From the NCBI GenBank assembly GCA_002633005.1, contig NMRA01000609.1, positions 48,977-112,976 of the forward strand: a stretch of DNA of 64,000 nucleotides, given 5' to 3'. Below, in pieces: positions 24,301 through 39,300 of this stretch. A program made the position numbers and the translations under genes. The stretch's first letter is position 1, and each line of letters opens with the position of its first letter. This DNA is from Phoronis australis. Its lineage: Eukaryota; Animalia; Phoronida. Below the pieces are notes generated by a model. It worked only from the letters and a program-made list of their open reading frames with translations. It had not been told where the DNA came from and ran no database searches.

Positions 24301-27300
24301 TTGTGTCTTCGTGGTAGGAATCCACGATCCTTCATAATTTGATTCTGCATACGACTCGAATTAAACATCCCTAGATTGAGTTGGCTTAAGTCGTTTGCAA
24401 AAATGTGTTTTCTTGTCAAATATTGATCACAAATTTCTCATTCTGTTCTTTTGTGTACTTGTAAAACTACAATAAAAATTTTCCAATTTTTCGACAGTCT
24501 CTAAAATTCGGGACACATCAAGCCAAAATCGAATTTCCTTGGCATTCATCCACATTTCTTAAGTTAGCACCAAACACTGCGTTTTATAACAGCAAAGACA
24601 ACTTGAAGATAAAATCATTGTAAATGGCTGCAAACGCAAAATTTGACTGTGTCTTAATTCTTGATTTTGGGATAGACAATTATCACTTTTTTCCAAAATT
24701 TATTATAAAACGCCAACAGTTTTTCACTGTAGTTTGAAGCACCAAAGCCTTTTTACAACATGAAAGCATCAAGTACACATTCCTCTGCCAGAGCTTGGAA
24801 TGTTCCTCTTTCAAGAGGATTTTCTCTTTTTTGGTTTCAATTCCCTGCTTTTGATTTCGATTTCCCTTCATTTGATTTCCAGTTTCCTCTTTTTCATCTC
24901 TTTTTTTATCATTATTTATTCTTGTAAAAAACTTTTCTGCAGTTAAATTTTACAACACAAAAGTATTTCTATCGTATATTTACCTATTTAACCTAATAAT
25001 ACATCACCTGGAAAATGTTCCTCTTTGAGTCACAATTTATTCCAAGCCCTGCTTTATTTCGGTGTAAGGGTACACTGTGAAATGGTGTATCAAGTCTTTC
25101 TAACCTCGTCAAATTGTCTCGGAGATTAGTACGATTTGTTTAAACAGTATCAAACCCATGCGTTCTGTCAAGAATCCAAGCTTTCATTTCTAGGCCACTT
25201 ATGATAATGAAATTGCTCTCAAATTGCTCTGTTTCAATTCGATAACTTTCAGTGCACTAATTACATCGAAAATGGATTGAAAACTTCAAACCAGAATAAA
25301 ATCAATTAAGGGCTGTGACTGTTCTCCTCAATAACAATCAATGAATTCCATGCGGTCCATTAAGTGATATTAGGAATGCTATGTTATGTGTGTTCACTTA
25401 AAAGCAAAACAAAGGTTTTTACACCAAACCAGGAACCAAAACAGCTCTTAAATGGGATCGTGCCACGTGAAGCTTGAAAAAAGTCCCCTGGTCATCTTGG
25501 ACAGACATGTTTTATCGAAGTTACTATTCCCCTGGTCTGTGCTTTGAATCAGCTGTGGGGAGATGAAAACAACCAAACATGTACCGGTAGTTTCTGTATG
25601 TCGTCTCTGCTCCTGCTTGCTTCTGAACAAAGACATTTGAAGCAATAACGAGTTGGTTTTTGTACCATGAACATAATCAGATGAGCGCAACCCCAGACAC
25701 CCAAGCTCGATTGACTGCCAGTGAAGCTAGGATTGGAACCTGGGTCCCCCAAAGGCGAGTCCGGAGCTTTAAGCACTTAGGCCACAAATATTCGGGTTGA
25801 CACCCATGCTCACTTCGTAAGTGCTGTTTTTTGAAAATTTTCAAAACCTTATAGACAGGTCAATGCATTGAGCAAAATATCTGGGAAACTGCGGATCTTA
25901 GCTGAGTAAAAGCAAATATTTACTGAAAGTATGAAGCCTATATATTTTGATTTTTGACTTTTCACTAATCTGACAATTTTTTAGTAAAATTTACCAAAAA
26001 AACAAATGTAAGGATAGCATTTAACAATTTTATCAATAAACTGATCAAATTTGATTAGGTATAAATGTTCAACTGGTGAGATATCAAAAACGCTGTTACA
26101 ATTTTCTAAAATATTGTTTCATTTTTGTCTTATGCAACTTTAAATAAAGATTTTTGAAGAAAATTATGAAAGTCCTATTTTTTAATATCCCTTCGCGCAA
26201 AAGTGGAAAACAATTCCTAACAACGCTTTAGAGAACATTGCATAAACGCATTGTATCTGAAAGTTTCATAAGAATCCGGTCAAGCATCTCTGAGATATGT
26301 TGTTCCAAAGTCAGCCAGATTTGGTCATTTTTATAGGGTCAGACTCCTACATAACCTAAAATTCTCACTGCTTGGCGTTTACTTCTGAAAATTTGCAACT
26401 AAGTGTCCCACTAACTTGGGTGACTGCCAACCGCTGATTTGTTTCAAAGAATTGAATACAAAAGGCGTTTAGCAATGCTTGGCTGAAGCTCAAGAAGTAT
26501 TTTGAAATTTGCGGGATTTTTTTTTGACACCGTTGCGTAGAAACCAAGCTAGCATGAAGTAAACTCAACTTACCAGGCAAAGACTAGTTTTGAATTTTTC
26601 CTAATTATTAAGGTTCACTAGGAAGTGTTTGAGAAATCCAAAGGTGACGTGACCATGTCACATGACAAAAATTATCATCCCGTCGATTGGATTTGACATA
26701 TAATGAGTTCTCAAATTTGAATGACAGTTTGTTATTTCATTAGCTTGTAACGGTAATCACTCGTATTTGCCGAAAGTCTGTGGATGTTTTGCAATACTGT
26801 GGTGACCCAGGAGACAAACTAAAATGTTCGCTGTTGATCTTTTGTGAATTTCATTTCGCAAGAATGGAGGAAGTTATTATAACTGCATTGTATCCTGCAT
26901 TTTGATTAGTCTTGTTGTTTTTGTCTTCTAATTAAATTTTTTTCAAGCTTTAATAATGTTATTCATATGCTTTGTGTCCAAAAATCAAGTTTAGATTTAA
27001 GCTATTTATTGAATAAATAAAGTACTCTGACCTAATGTTCCATACACAGTTAATAGAAGTGATCTCTGGATTCTGGGCTCAAGGAAAACTGGCAATGCGT
27101 TATTTATTTAGCCCAAGCTCCTACTATTTCAGACCACAGATTTGTGTTGCTTTAACATTTTGGATGTTCATGGTCGCCACTCAGTTGTGAACACGGGTTC
27201 CTGCTCACATTCTATTTTCATGTGGTCTAACGCAAGCGCTCGTTTTCACAACGAGAAGAAGGTGCATAGTGAATCACTTTAGTTTGATAATCACAAAGTA

Positions 27301-30300
27301 AACCTGAATTACTTACTAACTATTTTAATCAATCTTTAAAAATTTGATAAATATGTGCAATTTGTAAGTATTTACCTGCTATGTCTTAACGGTGATGTTG
27401 TGAACGTCCTGACCTCAAGTCTCCATCACTGCCCGCATGCTAGCAGACACCTACCTGACTAGGTACTTATCATATATCATGAATAACTGCGTTGTATTCT
27501 CAGGAAATTAAATCTACCCTCATGAACATCCTCTCTCACGTTCACGCCCTCAGACATTCACCAGAGAACTGGACAGCTGTAGAACTTAGCAGAGGGTCTT
27601 TTGCAGAATTGACAGTGGAAATATGGCCAAGATTTTCAAGCGAAGGCGCAGATACGCTGCCAACTATGTTTTATATTCTGTTTACTACCGGTAAGGTGAT
27701 AAGAGTACATAGGTTTAGTTTGAAAAAGCTTTCAGCCTGTCGGAAGTTTTGATAAGGTCAGTGATGTCCACTGGGCATATTTTGTGAGCAAATTCGCAGG
27801 AAAATGCGTTAATTAACAGAGATTTGGGTAGTTCGTGAATAATGTTGTAATGAGATGTTACCTTATGTAAGATTTCTTTGGGTGATAATTTGTTATATGT
27901 CGGATTTAAAAATGAGAAGGCATTTCTGCTCTCAGTATCAAGGCTTTATAATTGCTTTCTTTAAAGTGAACAGTAGAGGAATTTCTATGAGTTTCACACC
28001 AAACACATGTTTACTAGGTAAAAGTTCGAATTTTGTGCTATCCCTTTCATCCTGAAAGCTCAAATTTGGAAGCGAACAAAATAGTCTTGTTCACTTTTAG
28101 TTTGACCTAAAGCCCCCTAATGATTTGGTTGGCTAGGTTACACAATTGAAACAGATGTGCCCTCTAACAGAAGATCATGCAGAAAGCTAGACTTCCAACT
28201 GATGGGACTGTTCGAGAGATTAAAAATAGTGAAAAATAACAATTAAAATCATGGCATTACGAGCACTAAAAACATTCAGAACTTTTTACTGACAATCCAT
28301 CTTGGTTTTAATTGATTTGGGTGCTCCATGCCATCTTTAGCGATCTCCATTGGCTGGTCCTTTTAACAGTGGCATCTAGTGAGAACTTTGCTCTTAGGGA
28401 GCGAATAGGAAGAGCTTGATAGTGCGAAAGGGTGAGTGACAGTTATTCTAATGGGCTTGATGATTACTTTTTTACTATATCAACTGTTTTTAGTGAAGCT
28501 ATTTGGATGAAGAACTGACTTCTGTGAAGTCAATTTAAGCTTTCTAAAGTATGATTTGACCAATAGGAAACTGATTCTGCTTACAAACTGACCTCTTTGG
28601 TGTTTTGAGAGCACAAAAGGGTGTATCACTTGACCTAATACCTAGTTTTGGTGCTTGCAAGATTGGGGTAAATACTATTTGTGTTGTTAAAAGGCATTTT
28701 GGGTTTTTGGACTTTTTTGTTTTAATCATTAAAATATCGTGCCCCAGTGCGTAATTGACAGCTTTTTGGTTGCCAGGGATTACTAATAATGCTGACGAGT
28801 ATGCAGACGGTCAAAATTTTTCAGTTTGGGAACGTTGAAATGAAATAAGTTTCCTCCAGGTTGGAACTTGTTCCAAATTTTAAGAATAAGCAATATTGGT
28901 CGTCTGTAATTCAAGAAGTTCGATGAATGACAAATGGTCATTCATATGGATGTTACACACTGTGAGGACACGTGAAAACTTATGTTTACAGCTACAGTAC
29001 AGTCAACTTCGGTATCATAGAAGTTATCACCTGGGGCCACTGCTCTCGTCAACAATTAAAGGGCAGTGTCGTTGCTAACAGCTGCTTATATTATGCTCGA
29101 ATAATCACCAGTCGAATTAGAAACAAGTTTTATGTCAATTAGCACATGTAAATGTTCTCAAATTGTCACATTAAAAAAATGTTAGTGTGCACGTGATGCT
29201 TCAGCCGTCAGCGATACCTTAAGCAGTTACTCTGATAAATACAGCATCACCTACCATTCACTGAGATGCAGTTAACTATCGAAGCTGGCATGCATGGTTC
29301 AATTAAGTTCGCTGTTTACATTGACACTCTGTTCATAGTGGGGTTGGTAGTGTGAAAGGGCCTTTACTGGTAAAGACTGTTCCTAACTGAAGAATTTAAT
29401 TACCGCTATATAAAGAGTAAGAATTATCCCGTTTTATTTAATCCGTATTGCTGCAGAACGCTGTGCACAACGTAATGTATCTACGAGGTGTATTTATTCA
29501 CATCACCGCTATATGGCTGTTAAAATGGCCAGGAGCAGATCCAGGATTTTGAGTTTTTTTGGGGGGCCAGGCAAGAGTATTAGCCAGGATTTTGCCCGTC
29601 AGACATTCGCACCCCGAACTGTTAAATGGAATCTGGAAGAAATTTAGGGGGGGTGCATGACTCCATTACCCCCCTCCCCATCTAAATCCGCCACTGATGG
29701 CGGCTTCTGAGACTGACTTGGCTAATATGTCACTTAGGTCATAATATTTTAATGTATTTATTTGGTCATTAAAAGTCAATTTGAAGACCATCAATCGCAA
29801 TTTGGCTAATTTAAAAATCTGTTTCTCGTTTGATGTAATTCCTGTAATTAGGAAATTTCCAGGTTTGGTGATTTCAACTTAGTAACAAAGTCTCACTGTA
29901 ACTATAGAAATTGTGTAGAACCAACATCACACTTCTTGCATATAGCACTTGGTTTGAGGTTGATGTACACACTGTATCCTTATAACTAGCCTTGAGGTTG
30001 AGATATGTAATACTGTTTTAAACATAATGACTATGATGACATAACTAGTACCCGTAACTATGAGGTTTAAGAATATAGTGGTGGTGATTTGCATTAAATG
30101 TTGCAATTTGTAATCATACACACGGCTTTTCATTGTGACTTGAGATTTTGTTATGGATGCAAGATAGGTTTTTGTACATACAGTAGTGTCTATAGTGCCC
30201 GTCCACGCACACTGACTTACCCTAGAACAAGTAATCCTGTAATGAGTTGCTGCTAGGTTTGCGTACTGTGTGAACGCTATTTAAACTAGTGCAATTTACC

Positions 30301-33300
30301 CAACTTGTGGCAACTTACGCCACATTATCGGGGTGGGGAACTTGTTCTAGGGTAAATTGCATGACTTCTAATCGCTGTGTCGCCGCAAAAGTGTGGTACA
30401 GCGGAAGTAATTATCAGATGCGGTTAAATACAGACGGGTTTTCTCTTATGCGCCATATTGGCATAGGTGCCCATTGTCACGCACAAAGCAACAACTTCTG
30501 TCTCACCCCAGTTATTGGATGTCTGTGTGTGTGGACACTTCACTTAGAAGTGGGGTAAGTTGCACTGTTGTTGTTTGTGGAAAAGACTTGCTGGTATTTG
30601 TTCTAGCTAGAGCTGTGGAGCTCAACAACTCTGGTCTCGCTCTATTCAAAGTGCAAAAATGACTTTAGGAATACGCCAATAGCTTCAGTTCTGCCGCATG
30701 AGGCATAGTGTAGCAGACAATAGTAATTCTGTTTTTCAAAATTTGCTATAAAAGGAATGTCAAGAAAGTTAAATTCTCTCTGTTGATTTGTGTCTGAGAA
30801 AAGAATCTGAAAAAGAGTTTCGGGTAGCAGTCACTTTAAGGGNCCCATCAGACATTCGCACCCCGAACTGTTAAATGGAATCTGGAAGAAATTTAGGGGG
30901 GGTGCATGACTCCATTACCCCCCCTCCCCATCTAAATCCGCCACTGATGGCGGCTTCTGAGACTGACTTGGCTAATATGTCACTTAGGACATAATATTTT
31001 AATGTATTTATTTGGTCATTAAAAGTCAATTTGAAGACCATCAATCGCAATTTGGCTAATTTAAAAATCTGTTTCTCGTTTGATGTAATTCCTGTAATTA
31101 GGAAACTTCCAGGTTTGGTGATTTCAACTGAGTAACAAAGTCTCACTTAGTTACTATAGAAATTGTGTAGAACCAACGTCACACTTCCTGCATATCGCAC
31201 TTGGTTTGAGGTTGAAGTACACACCGTATCCTTATAACTAGCCTTGAGGTTGAGATATGTAATACTGTTTTAAACATAATGACTATGATGACATAACTAG
31301 TACCGGTAACTATGAGGTTTAAGAATATAGTGGTGGTGATTTGCATTAAATGTTACAATTTGTAATCATACACACGGCTTTTCATTGTGACTTGAGATTT
31401 TGTTATGGATGCAAGATAGGTTTTTGTACATACGGTAGTGTCTATAGTGCCGTCCACGCACACTGACTTACCCTAGAACAAGTAATCCTGTAATGAGTTG
31501 CTGCTAGGTTTGCGTACTGTCTGAACGCTATTTAAACTTGTGCAATTTACCCAACTTGTGACAACTTACGCCACATTATCGAGGTGGGGAACTTGTTCTA
31601 GGGTAAATTGCATGACTTCTAATCGCTGTGTGGCCGCAACAGTGTGGTACAGCGGAAGTAATTATCAGATGCGGTTAAATACAGACGGGTTTTCTCTTAT
31701 GCGCCATATTGGCATAGGTGCCCATTGTCACGCACAAAGCAACAACTTCTGTCTCACCCCAGTTATTGGATGTCTGTGTGTGTGGACACTTCACTTAGAA
31801 GTGGGGTAAGTTGCACTGTTGTTGTTTGTGGAAAAGACTTGCTGGTATTTGTTCTAGCTAGAGCTGTGGAGCTCAACAACTCTGGTCTCGCTCTATTCAA
31901 AATGCAAAAATGACTTTAGGAATACGCCAATAGCTTCAGTTCTGCCGCATGAGGCATAGTGTAGCAGACAATAGTAATTCTGTTTTTCAAAATTTGCTAT
32001 AAAAGGAATGTCAAGAAAGTTAAATTCTCTCTGTTGATTTGTGTCTGAGAAAAGAATCTGAAAAAGAGTTTCGGGTAGCAGTCACTTTAAGGGATCCTGC
32101 ATTTTGAGAACCAGTTTTCTCCATGGAATAACAGACATCAAACTGGTTCTCAAAATCCAGGAACCCTCGTAAATGACTATTCCAAAGTGTCAAACATGTA
32201 AAGTGAATCGTTTTGTGGAGAATCAAATAGTAAACGGCAGCCTTATGCTTTGGCTGGGAACTTTATCAAACATGGCACCCTTTCATAGGGGAATTTGTCT
32301 GTGAGTCACCCTGCTGAGCTGCACGATCTGTTACCTCAGTGACCCCCCTGGGTCTTTGTATGGGGAAGGGTACAGTAATATGTTGTTAGTCATCTCTGCA
32401 TGCAGCTTTACTTGAACTATTGTATTTATACCATCTACAAGTTTGTACTTTTGACCTATTTGTTATTCTCATTGACTTGACTTGGTGACTTCGCAGTATG
32501 ATTTCTTCTTAAAACGTAGACTACTTAGGGTACTAGTATTAGCCTTTTTAATCATCAGCCCAATTGTTGGTCTCTGCAAGTTACATTTATGCCGAAAATA
32601 ACTTTGTATAAACGATTCCCAGTAACTAACTGAAACTGAGATCATGGCGGGTTGATTTTGCTGTTACCAGATACAGGTCAGTTTCAACTGTGTCAATGAC
32701 CACCTTTTTATTCTGTAATTATTGTGGGATACTGAATCATTTTCAGGCCTGTGTTCTCATTATTAGCAAAACTTGATTACTCACCATGTTTTGATGATGT
32801 TGATGGAGCCTACCTGTCTGGAAGGATCATCACCATAGCATTTTATCAGAGGGTCACTTAACTATACACTGTAACTTTGTGGCAGCCATTAAAATTCCGG
32901 CACCTGTTGAACTTGGAACTATCAAAGGTGGAATTTGAACCCTGATTGTCTGTCTCGCCATCCAACCCTTCAAACTTGGCAGATTTGGATTAGAATCTTA
33001 TTGACGTCAGTGTGAGTTTTACTGAGGCGTTTTGTGTCTGAAGCCAAGAAAGCCTGCCACGCAGGTGTGGCTGGACGTATCATGAACGATGTTTTGTGGA
33101 ACAAATTACCAGCCAAGATTACCAACTGGTAATGTATTGGTTTTCTTGATTCTTTATGTCCAACATCAAGTGTTACTCAGCTCACTGTTTAAACCTGTGT
33201 TATCCATCTGGAATACATTTAGGGCTCCAGGTGGAGTACACAGCCTTAGTTTTTTATATTGCTGCGAATGAAGTCCATTGTTTACGTCTGCAGCTAGATT

Positions 33301-36300
33301 CGCCCACACAAACTTGCTTTTGCCTGGTTTGAAGTGATTTAATAATTTGCTATGAGGGACTGTTTGTTGTTAGAGACCAAGTCTTCCTCTTGGCAAGATT
33401 TGATCGAGGACAGCTGAGAGGTTGGAAACTATCACAGGACCTTTTGAGTTGAAATTTAATCATGGAAATTTGAGTGGTGACTAGGAGATGGCTTATAGAG
33501 CCGTCCTGGATTTAAACATGACGATAGAACATTCCTTTGTTCCGGAGAAAAGAAAGCGTGTAACCTCGTTTTGAAAATCAGGCACATTTTCGTGTATCTG
33601 TTTGATGTCAGGGAAAGCGAAGAATTTCTCGTCATGGATCCACAGGTATTTGTCCAGTTTATCGAACTTTTTCACGTCAGAGCTGTAGCTCACAGCACAG
33701 CAGTAATACTTTGTTGGCATTGGAAGGACGATTTGAGTAAATGCAACTGAGAAATAAATTGTAAAGAATCAGACAGCATCAAATAACAATGGCACGAAAA
33801 CGAGGCAGCAAATGTGCCTGGCGGATGTTTGTGGCATTGCGGGTAAATACAGCGAGATTGGAGTGTCGCTGTATAATCGGGGATGCTCCTATTATCCACA
33901 TTTTCTTGAGTGCACAAAAGATACGCATTAGGGCTTGCTGCTAGTGTAGGCATCTGACGATGCAAAAAAAAGAATTCAGCTGTTTTTGTGCTTTTTCACT
34001 TCGTTAAAAATATGACGATGAAACAGCCTTTTTTCACCGTAATTCTTTTGATAAGAATCTCCAGGCGCAGTAGCACTGTACTAAGTCTTTATCTGTGGCA
34101 ATTTGAACATTTTTTGCACTTTTAGGAGATCAGGTGGTTTCAGGAAAACATACGTTTTGTACACTTGTGAGAACGACAGTTATTGGTAATGTCCCCTGAA
34201 GCTTAGCTATCACTGGCAGTCCTTCGTTGACACATTCTTTCACTTTGCACTAGCATAAGCCACTGACAAAACTAAGGAGAAATAACCAGAATTGCATGTG
34301 TATGCTAATTTAGAATCCAATTGATGCCCTCTTTGATGTAGAACTCTTGTTTATGAAATGACAGATTTTTACATTTTTAAACCGAATTTCTTTCAGCATT
34401 TTTTTATTCTGCATTTCGTGTATTACCTAAAATTCTTATTTTATCCCGGGCATGAACCGAAGTTCTTGAAAAAGTGATGGTACAAAGAGAAGTATTTGTT
34501 ATGTTGATTGATTTTTCTTGGGTTATCTCATTACTGTGGTCATTTCAGTCATTTAGAAAAACAGTGCTCCACTGTTGTAGCACTGTTTGGCCCTGTCTGC
34601 TCCTTTACTGAGCTGTTCCTAATGCATCCTGTTGGCCCATGTGTTTTCCAGACATGTGTTTTTAGTGGGTGTCTACTGAGATCACTTCCCAGACTGTGGT
34701 TTCAGATCAGCTGTTCAACAATTGGCTCTTCTGTTGGCCTGTCACTTGTTCAACAATACTGGCTCTTGTCTTGGCCTGTTTATCATGATGTATGGGCATT
34801 TCTTGGAATAATTCAGGAATGCTATAATGTTGTTGTTCAAGCACAGTGCCCATTGATTATAAATGGCCCCACTAATGGATAAAGGTCAGGGTGCAATGTG
34901 CACAGGTCAATGCTGAAGACTGACTTACCCCAGGCTCAGATAGACTGAGCCCCAGGTCACCAGTTATTGACCTGTCCAGATGAACTCTAGTGTTATGATC
35001 ATATGACCCGCTGTGAGCCAATCCTGTCATCCCTCTGCAATCACTGAAGTGGTCTGATGTACTGTGTACAGTGTTTCTAGGTCACAGTATGGGCTCATTT
35101 CCTTATGTATGGTCTGTGGGCAAACAATAGGCGGCACACTAGGATTGCTTAATCATAGTGTTCACAGTGCAGCTTGGGCCCAGGTGTTTGCTTGGTGATC
35201 AATGGGAGAGTTAGTTGCCACTACGAAAAATGAGTCTCAGAAACAGATGATTATGGGTCTTATGCTTCAACAGCAAAAAAGTATGGAGAAGAAGCTACGA
35301 GGACTGTTCAATAGGTGACTAGATATCTGCTTTGACATCAGCAGTTATTTGAGAAATAGTAACTAAGTGCTGTATTGAAACTGATTGTGACATATCGTGG
35401 CTTAAACTAGGTGTACCTGAAGAATGTTCTATGTTTTAGTTGATATGTGTTGTTGGTTTTTTTACGCAAAATTGGAGATAATTTGAATGTGTTAGAAACA
35501 GTTAAAATTGGTGTAGCATCAATTAATCCACTGTGTGGGGAATAAGAAGCTAAATTTGGCAGTTTTGTAAAGTCAGTTTTGTTTGTGCAATGTTGGTGTG
35601 TGTGCCCATATTTTAAGAATTAAATTGGTACCACTCAAAAAAATCTTTCAAACTAGTGTTGTTTACTTGTTCTTTGTGAGTTAACCCGTTTACATTGAAC
35701 AATCTGTATAACTTGATATCCCATAGCTCTGATATTTGCTCCAACTTATTCAATACTTAAGTTGGGCTTGGACAGAACTGACTAATATGTAGTCCGGCAA
35801 TCAAGACTCTTTCCGAGTAGTCCTTCATTTATTCAGCGAAATTAAAATCTCGACTCCATCTTAGTCGAATGGAAATGTACGTAGGATTATGGGAGGTCAC
35901 CAGTCTGCCGTCTGCCACGTTGAGAGGAGGCAGTGCTGACCGGGAACCCGTCTAGTTCTTGATTCCACAAACCATTTCTCTTCTGAGAGGGAAGCAATAC
36001 AAGACGTGAGTTTTGAAGCCTTATTAATGGTTAGTTTCATTGACAATGTTGGTTTATAGTGCGACTGAAGTGACTATAAACTCTTGTTTCCAGCGAAGAA
36101 ACTTAACTTTTCATGCAGATCACTTATGCCACTGTAAAATTGGTCTTGGTTTTTTTTTGTTGATGAGAACTAGTTTTTAGTCAAATTCGAAGAACTGTCA
36201 GTTGGTTATTACTTCAAACCAAGCTCATAAAATTTGTTTGAAGAAATAATTTGTTATATTACATTTTTCTTGAGCCCAGAAATCACTTTTAAGCTGAGCA

Positions 36301-39300
36301 AGAAACAAGACATGACCATTGTTTATTAATTGTTAAGTGCCCTAAATCAAAATTTGTTGCTATGGCAGATATCCGGGCTTATGTCACTTTAAATGTGGGC
36401 TTTAATTCACATGTTTTATGGTGTGCTGTCATGCAAACAGTGTGAAAAATGTTCTGCGGCTGACTTTCAGTTTCTTACCATTACGTATTTTTCCCTTCTG
36501 GCAGCCAGATCTTGTCTGGAATTGGGAAGCTAAGTGTATGTGTGCGTGAAGTGTGGCTCCGATTGTGCGAGTTTCCACTGCTGTGCACGTTGAATGCTTG
36601 TAGCGAAACTATTAGCAATCAATATTTTTCATCGGGGTTAGTGAAAAATTAGCCAAAGGCGTACAAAGGCAAAAGGCACTGGCTTACATTTGCAAATAGT
36701 TTGATAATGGAATGATGTCTTGTGTAGACATCGGTAGTTAAAAATACCTAGATTGCGAAAGTGAACTGTTCGGTTGTTGCTAAGAAAACACAATTTCTGC
36801 TAAAAATAAATCCAAATTGTTTTCTGATTACCAGGCTATCTCCCGTTTTTGCTGCCCTTCAATTGTGCGTTGGTCTGTTTGTCAGCATTTCACAGCTGCC
36901 TCTTGCAAGAAAAAACATGTTGCCAAAGTTACGCTGGTTTCAAATATTAGCATACTGTAATGCTTTTAATAGTAGTCGGGTCTCTCTCTAATAGAAACCA
37001 TTCTCTATAAGAGGGGGGTCTAGGTACGTTGAAATAAATTTATATGATTATTGCCGAATCTTCAATAGAGGTCTCCTCAAAAATGCCTGTTCTGATCGAG
37101 GACCAGTCTCCATGTTGTCTGTGAACTTCTGGAAAATAAAGGCCCTCGACTAGCTTTACAGTAAACACTACTTGTCCCAATCTCCAGTGCAAACAAGAGG
37201 TTCATGGTAATGCCTTGCTATTTTTACTCATCAATCAATATTTTACCATTCTCTTTCGAAGAAAAACGTTCTAGATAACATTTGTTTGATTTTTCTGACA
37301 ATTTTTCTTGTTTGAAATGTACCACCGTACATATCGTTTTTGAAGGTGTTTCATTAGCGGCTTGTTGTGGCAGTTTATTATTTGGTCAGACCAAGCTCAT
37401 GAAATTTCAGTTCACTCTGAGTGTGGCCTGAGTCATCCCTTGTTTCAATAGACCATTTTCATAACTGAGAGTGAATGGGCTTAATCAGATGTTGTTTTTG
37501 TCATAGAAGGTGATGTTTATAGCCACTTTAAAACCCAGTAGACCAATCATAATAGGTATGTAAATTTCTCACTTCAAAGGTCCAATCATTATAGGTATGT
37601 AAATTTTCTCACTTCAAAGAGTCACAAGCAAAATGTGTAAAATGGCATTTCGCTAATAATAACAAAGTTTCTATGCTAACTCTGAAGAATAGGAAAGGCT
37701 CTGTTGTATTGAGGAAATATTAAGATTTGCTTTCTGTTTAACCAAGAGATTTATGCCAGATGTAATTTCTAAAGGTGATTGTTTCTGAGTGACTTGGCAA
37801 TACTGGTCATACTTCTGTGTTTAAAACTTCTTGTTCCAAACCTATAAGCAAATTAACCTTTAATTGTCCTTAACTCCACCACTGGGGAAAACTTCTATTG
37901 TATTGAGGAATTTTTAAAATTTGGTTTCTGTTCAAACAATGACTCGAGGCCAGATGAAGTTTCTTAAGGTACATGTATCAGTCACCAGTCAGTGCTGGCC
38001 TTACGATGCATATAGTGTTTAGCTGTGTCCAGGTAGCCACTTAAACCAGCTAGCGCAAGTTGCATCCGGAACAGGCTCCGGAATGAGATGTATGAGATGA
38101 TGGAGAGCAAACAACCTTGTGGACTTAAGTGCAACGTGATATGGGTGTGACGACTAATACCTGGCATATTCAAAGTAGCGTACTTGCTTTAAGCGCCCAT
38201 GTTGATACAAGAACGGAGTAAGAAGGAAGTAATTGCCTGCCATCCTTTTCTCTTTTAAGTTTATTTGGCTAATATGATATCCAAGTTGGATGGTTTACAA
38301 TATATGGCCAGCAATCATTCTGTGCAAAGCCAAAGACAAGAAAGCGATGCCAATTTTTTCAGTCCGTCAAGAGTCCAAAAACGACATATTTAAGTCTTGT
38401 CAATTTCAAAACACTACAGTCGTGACGCACACATGCGCACAGCAGTCGAACATCATTATTTAGTAGCTAATTGACATCAATCTGAAGATAGTGAACACTT
38501 TTGTTGAAAAGTGTTCAGTTTGCTGGCATCTTGCTCTAGTACCAGTGGAAACTTGAACCAGTACTAGTGGCAACTTGCACTAGTTCTAGTGGAAACTTGA
38601 ACCAATACTAGTGGCAACTTGCACCAGTACTAGTGGCAACTTGCACTAGTTCTAGTGGAAACTTGCACTAGTTGTAGTATTCACGTGGGCACAGATTATG
38701 ACTAGAACTTCTTTAATTTCCGGTTTCTTCAATTTATTGCTGAAAATAGTCCAGCACAGGTTCAGTGCCTATACATTAAAATGTAACAACTAATTTTCCA
38801 TTGTCCAAAATTTTCAAAAAAAGTTTTCTTAAATGAAGATAGGTGACCTTCCTTGCTCAATAGTTTTGAATGAATACTTTGTCATTTTCCTCTGGACTGT
38901 GCAAAGTATGTCATCCATAAAGTTGTAAAAATAGAACAAGGTATTACGACAACCATGTGTGAAGTGTGTTGGTGAATTGCCCAAGGCCCGTTTACCTAAT
39001 TCGATTTTTTTCGTGTTAACGAAACTTAAGTGAGGTGATGTGGCCAGAGGTAGCATGCTGATATTCTTGAAAATGTTTGCGATTTCATGTAAAACTTAAG
39101 TATTCCATTGCCTATACACCTTATTCACGCAGTTGCCAACTCGCCATATTACAAAGAGCCTCCTTTTAGGTTTTAAAAAACTATTCATTCCACGCCTAAT
39201 CACAGTGCAAAACGCAATTTTCGGCGTGCCTCGTTATATTTATGTTTCAATTGCTTGTATTTAAACGTAAAGAGGTTTTCTTAAAATACCGACTCGTGAC

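Noticed and set aside
28398-28431. Coding exon before the strong donor G|GTGAGT
   Set aside because: In-frame stop in the required phase and no ATG; at most a UTR exon
33605-33645. Aster alternative first exon MSGKAKNFSSWIHR
   Set aside because: Phase 2 but weak donor (GTATTT) and overlaps the antisense THAP-like relic
34508-34882. 124-aa hydrophobic ORF
   Set aside because: TTG start, contains degenerate tandem repeats, no compatible splice donor or recognisable family
38531-38678. CRISPR-like array
   Set aside because: Contiguous 22-bp units with no unique spacers, eukaryotic intron, no cas genes
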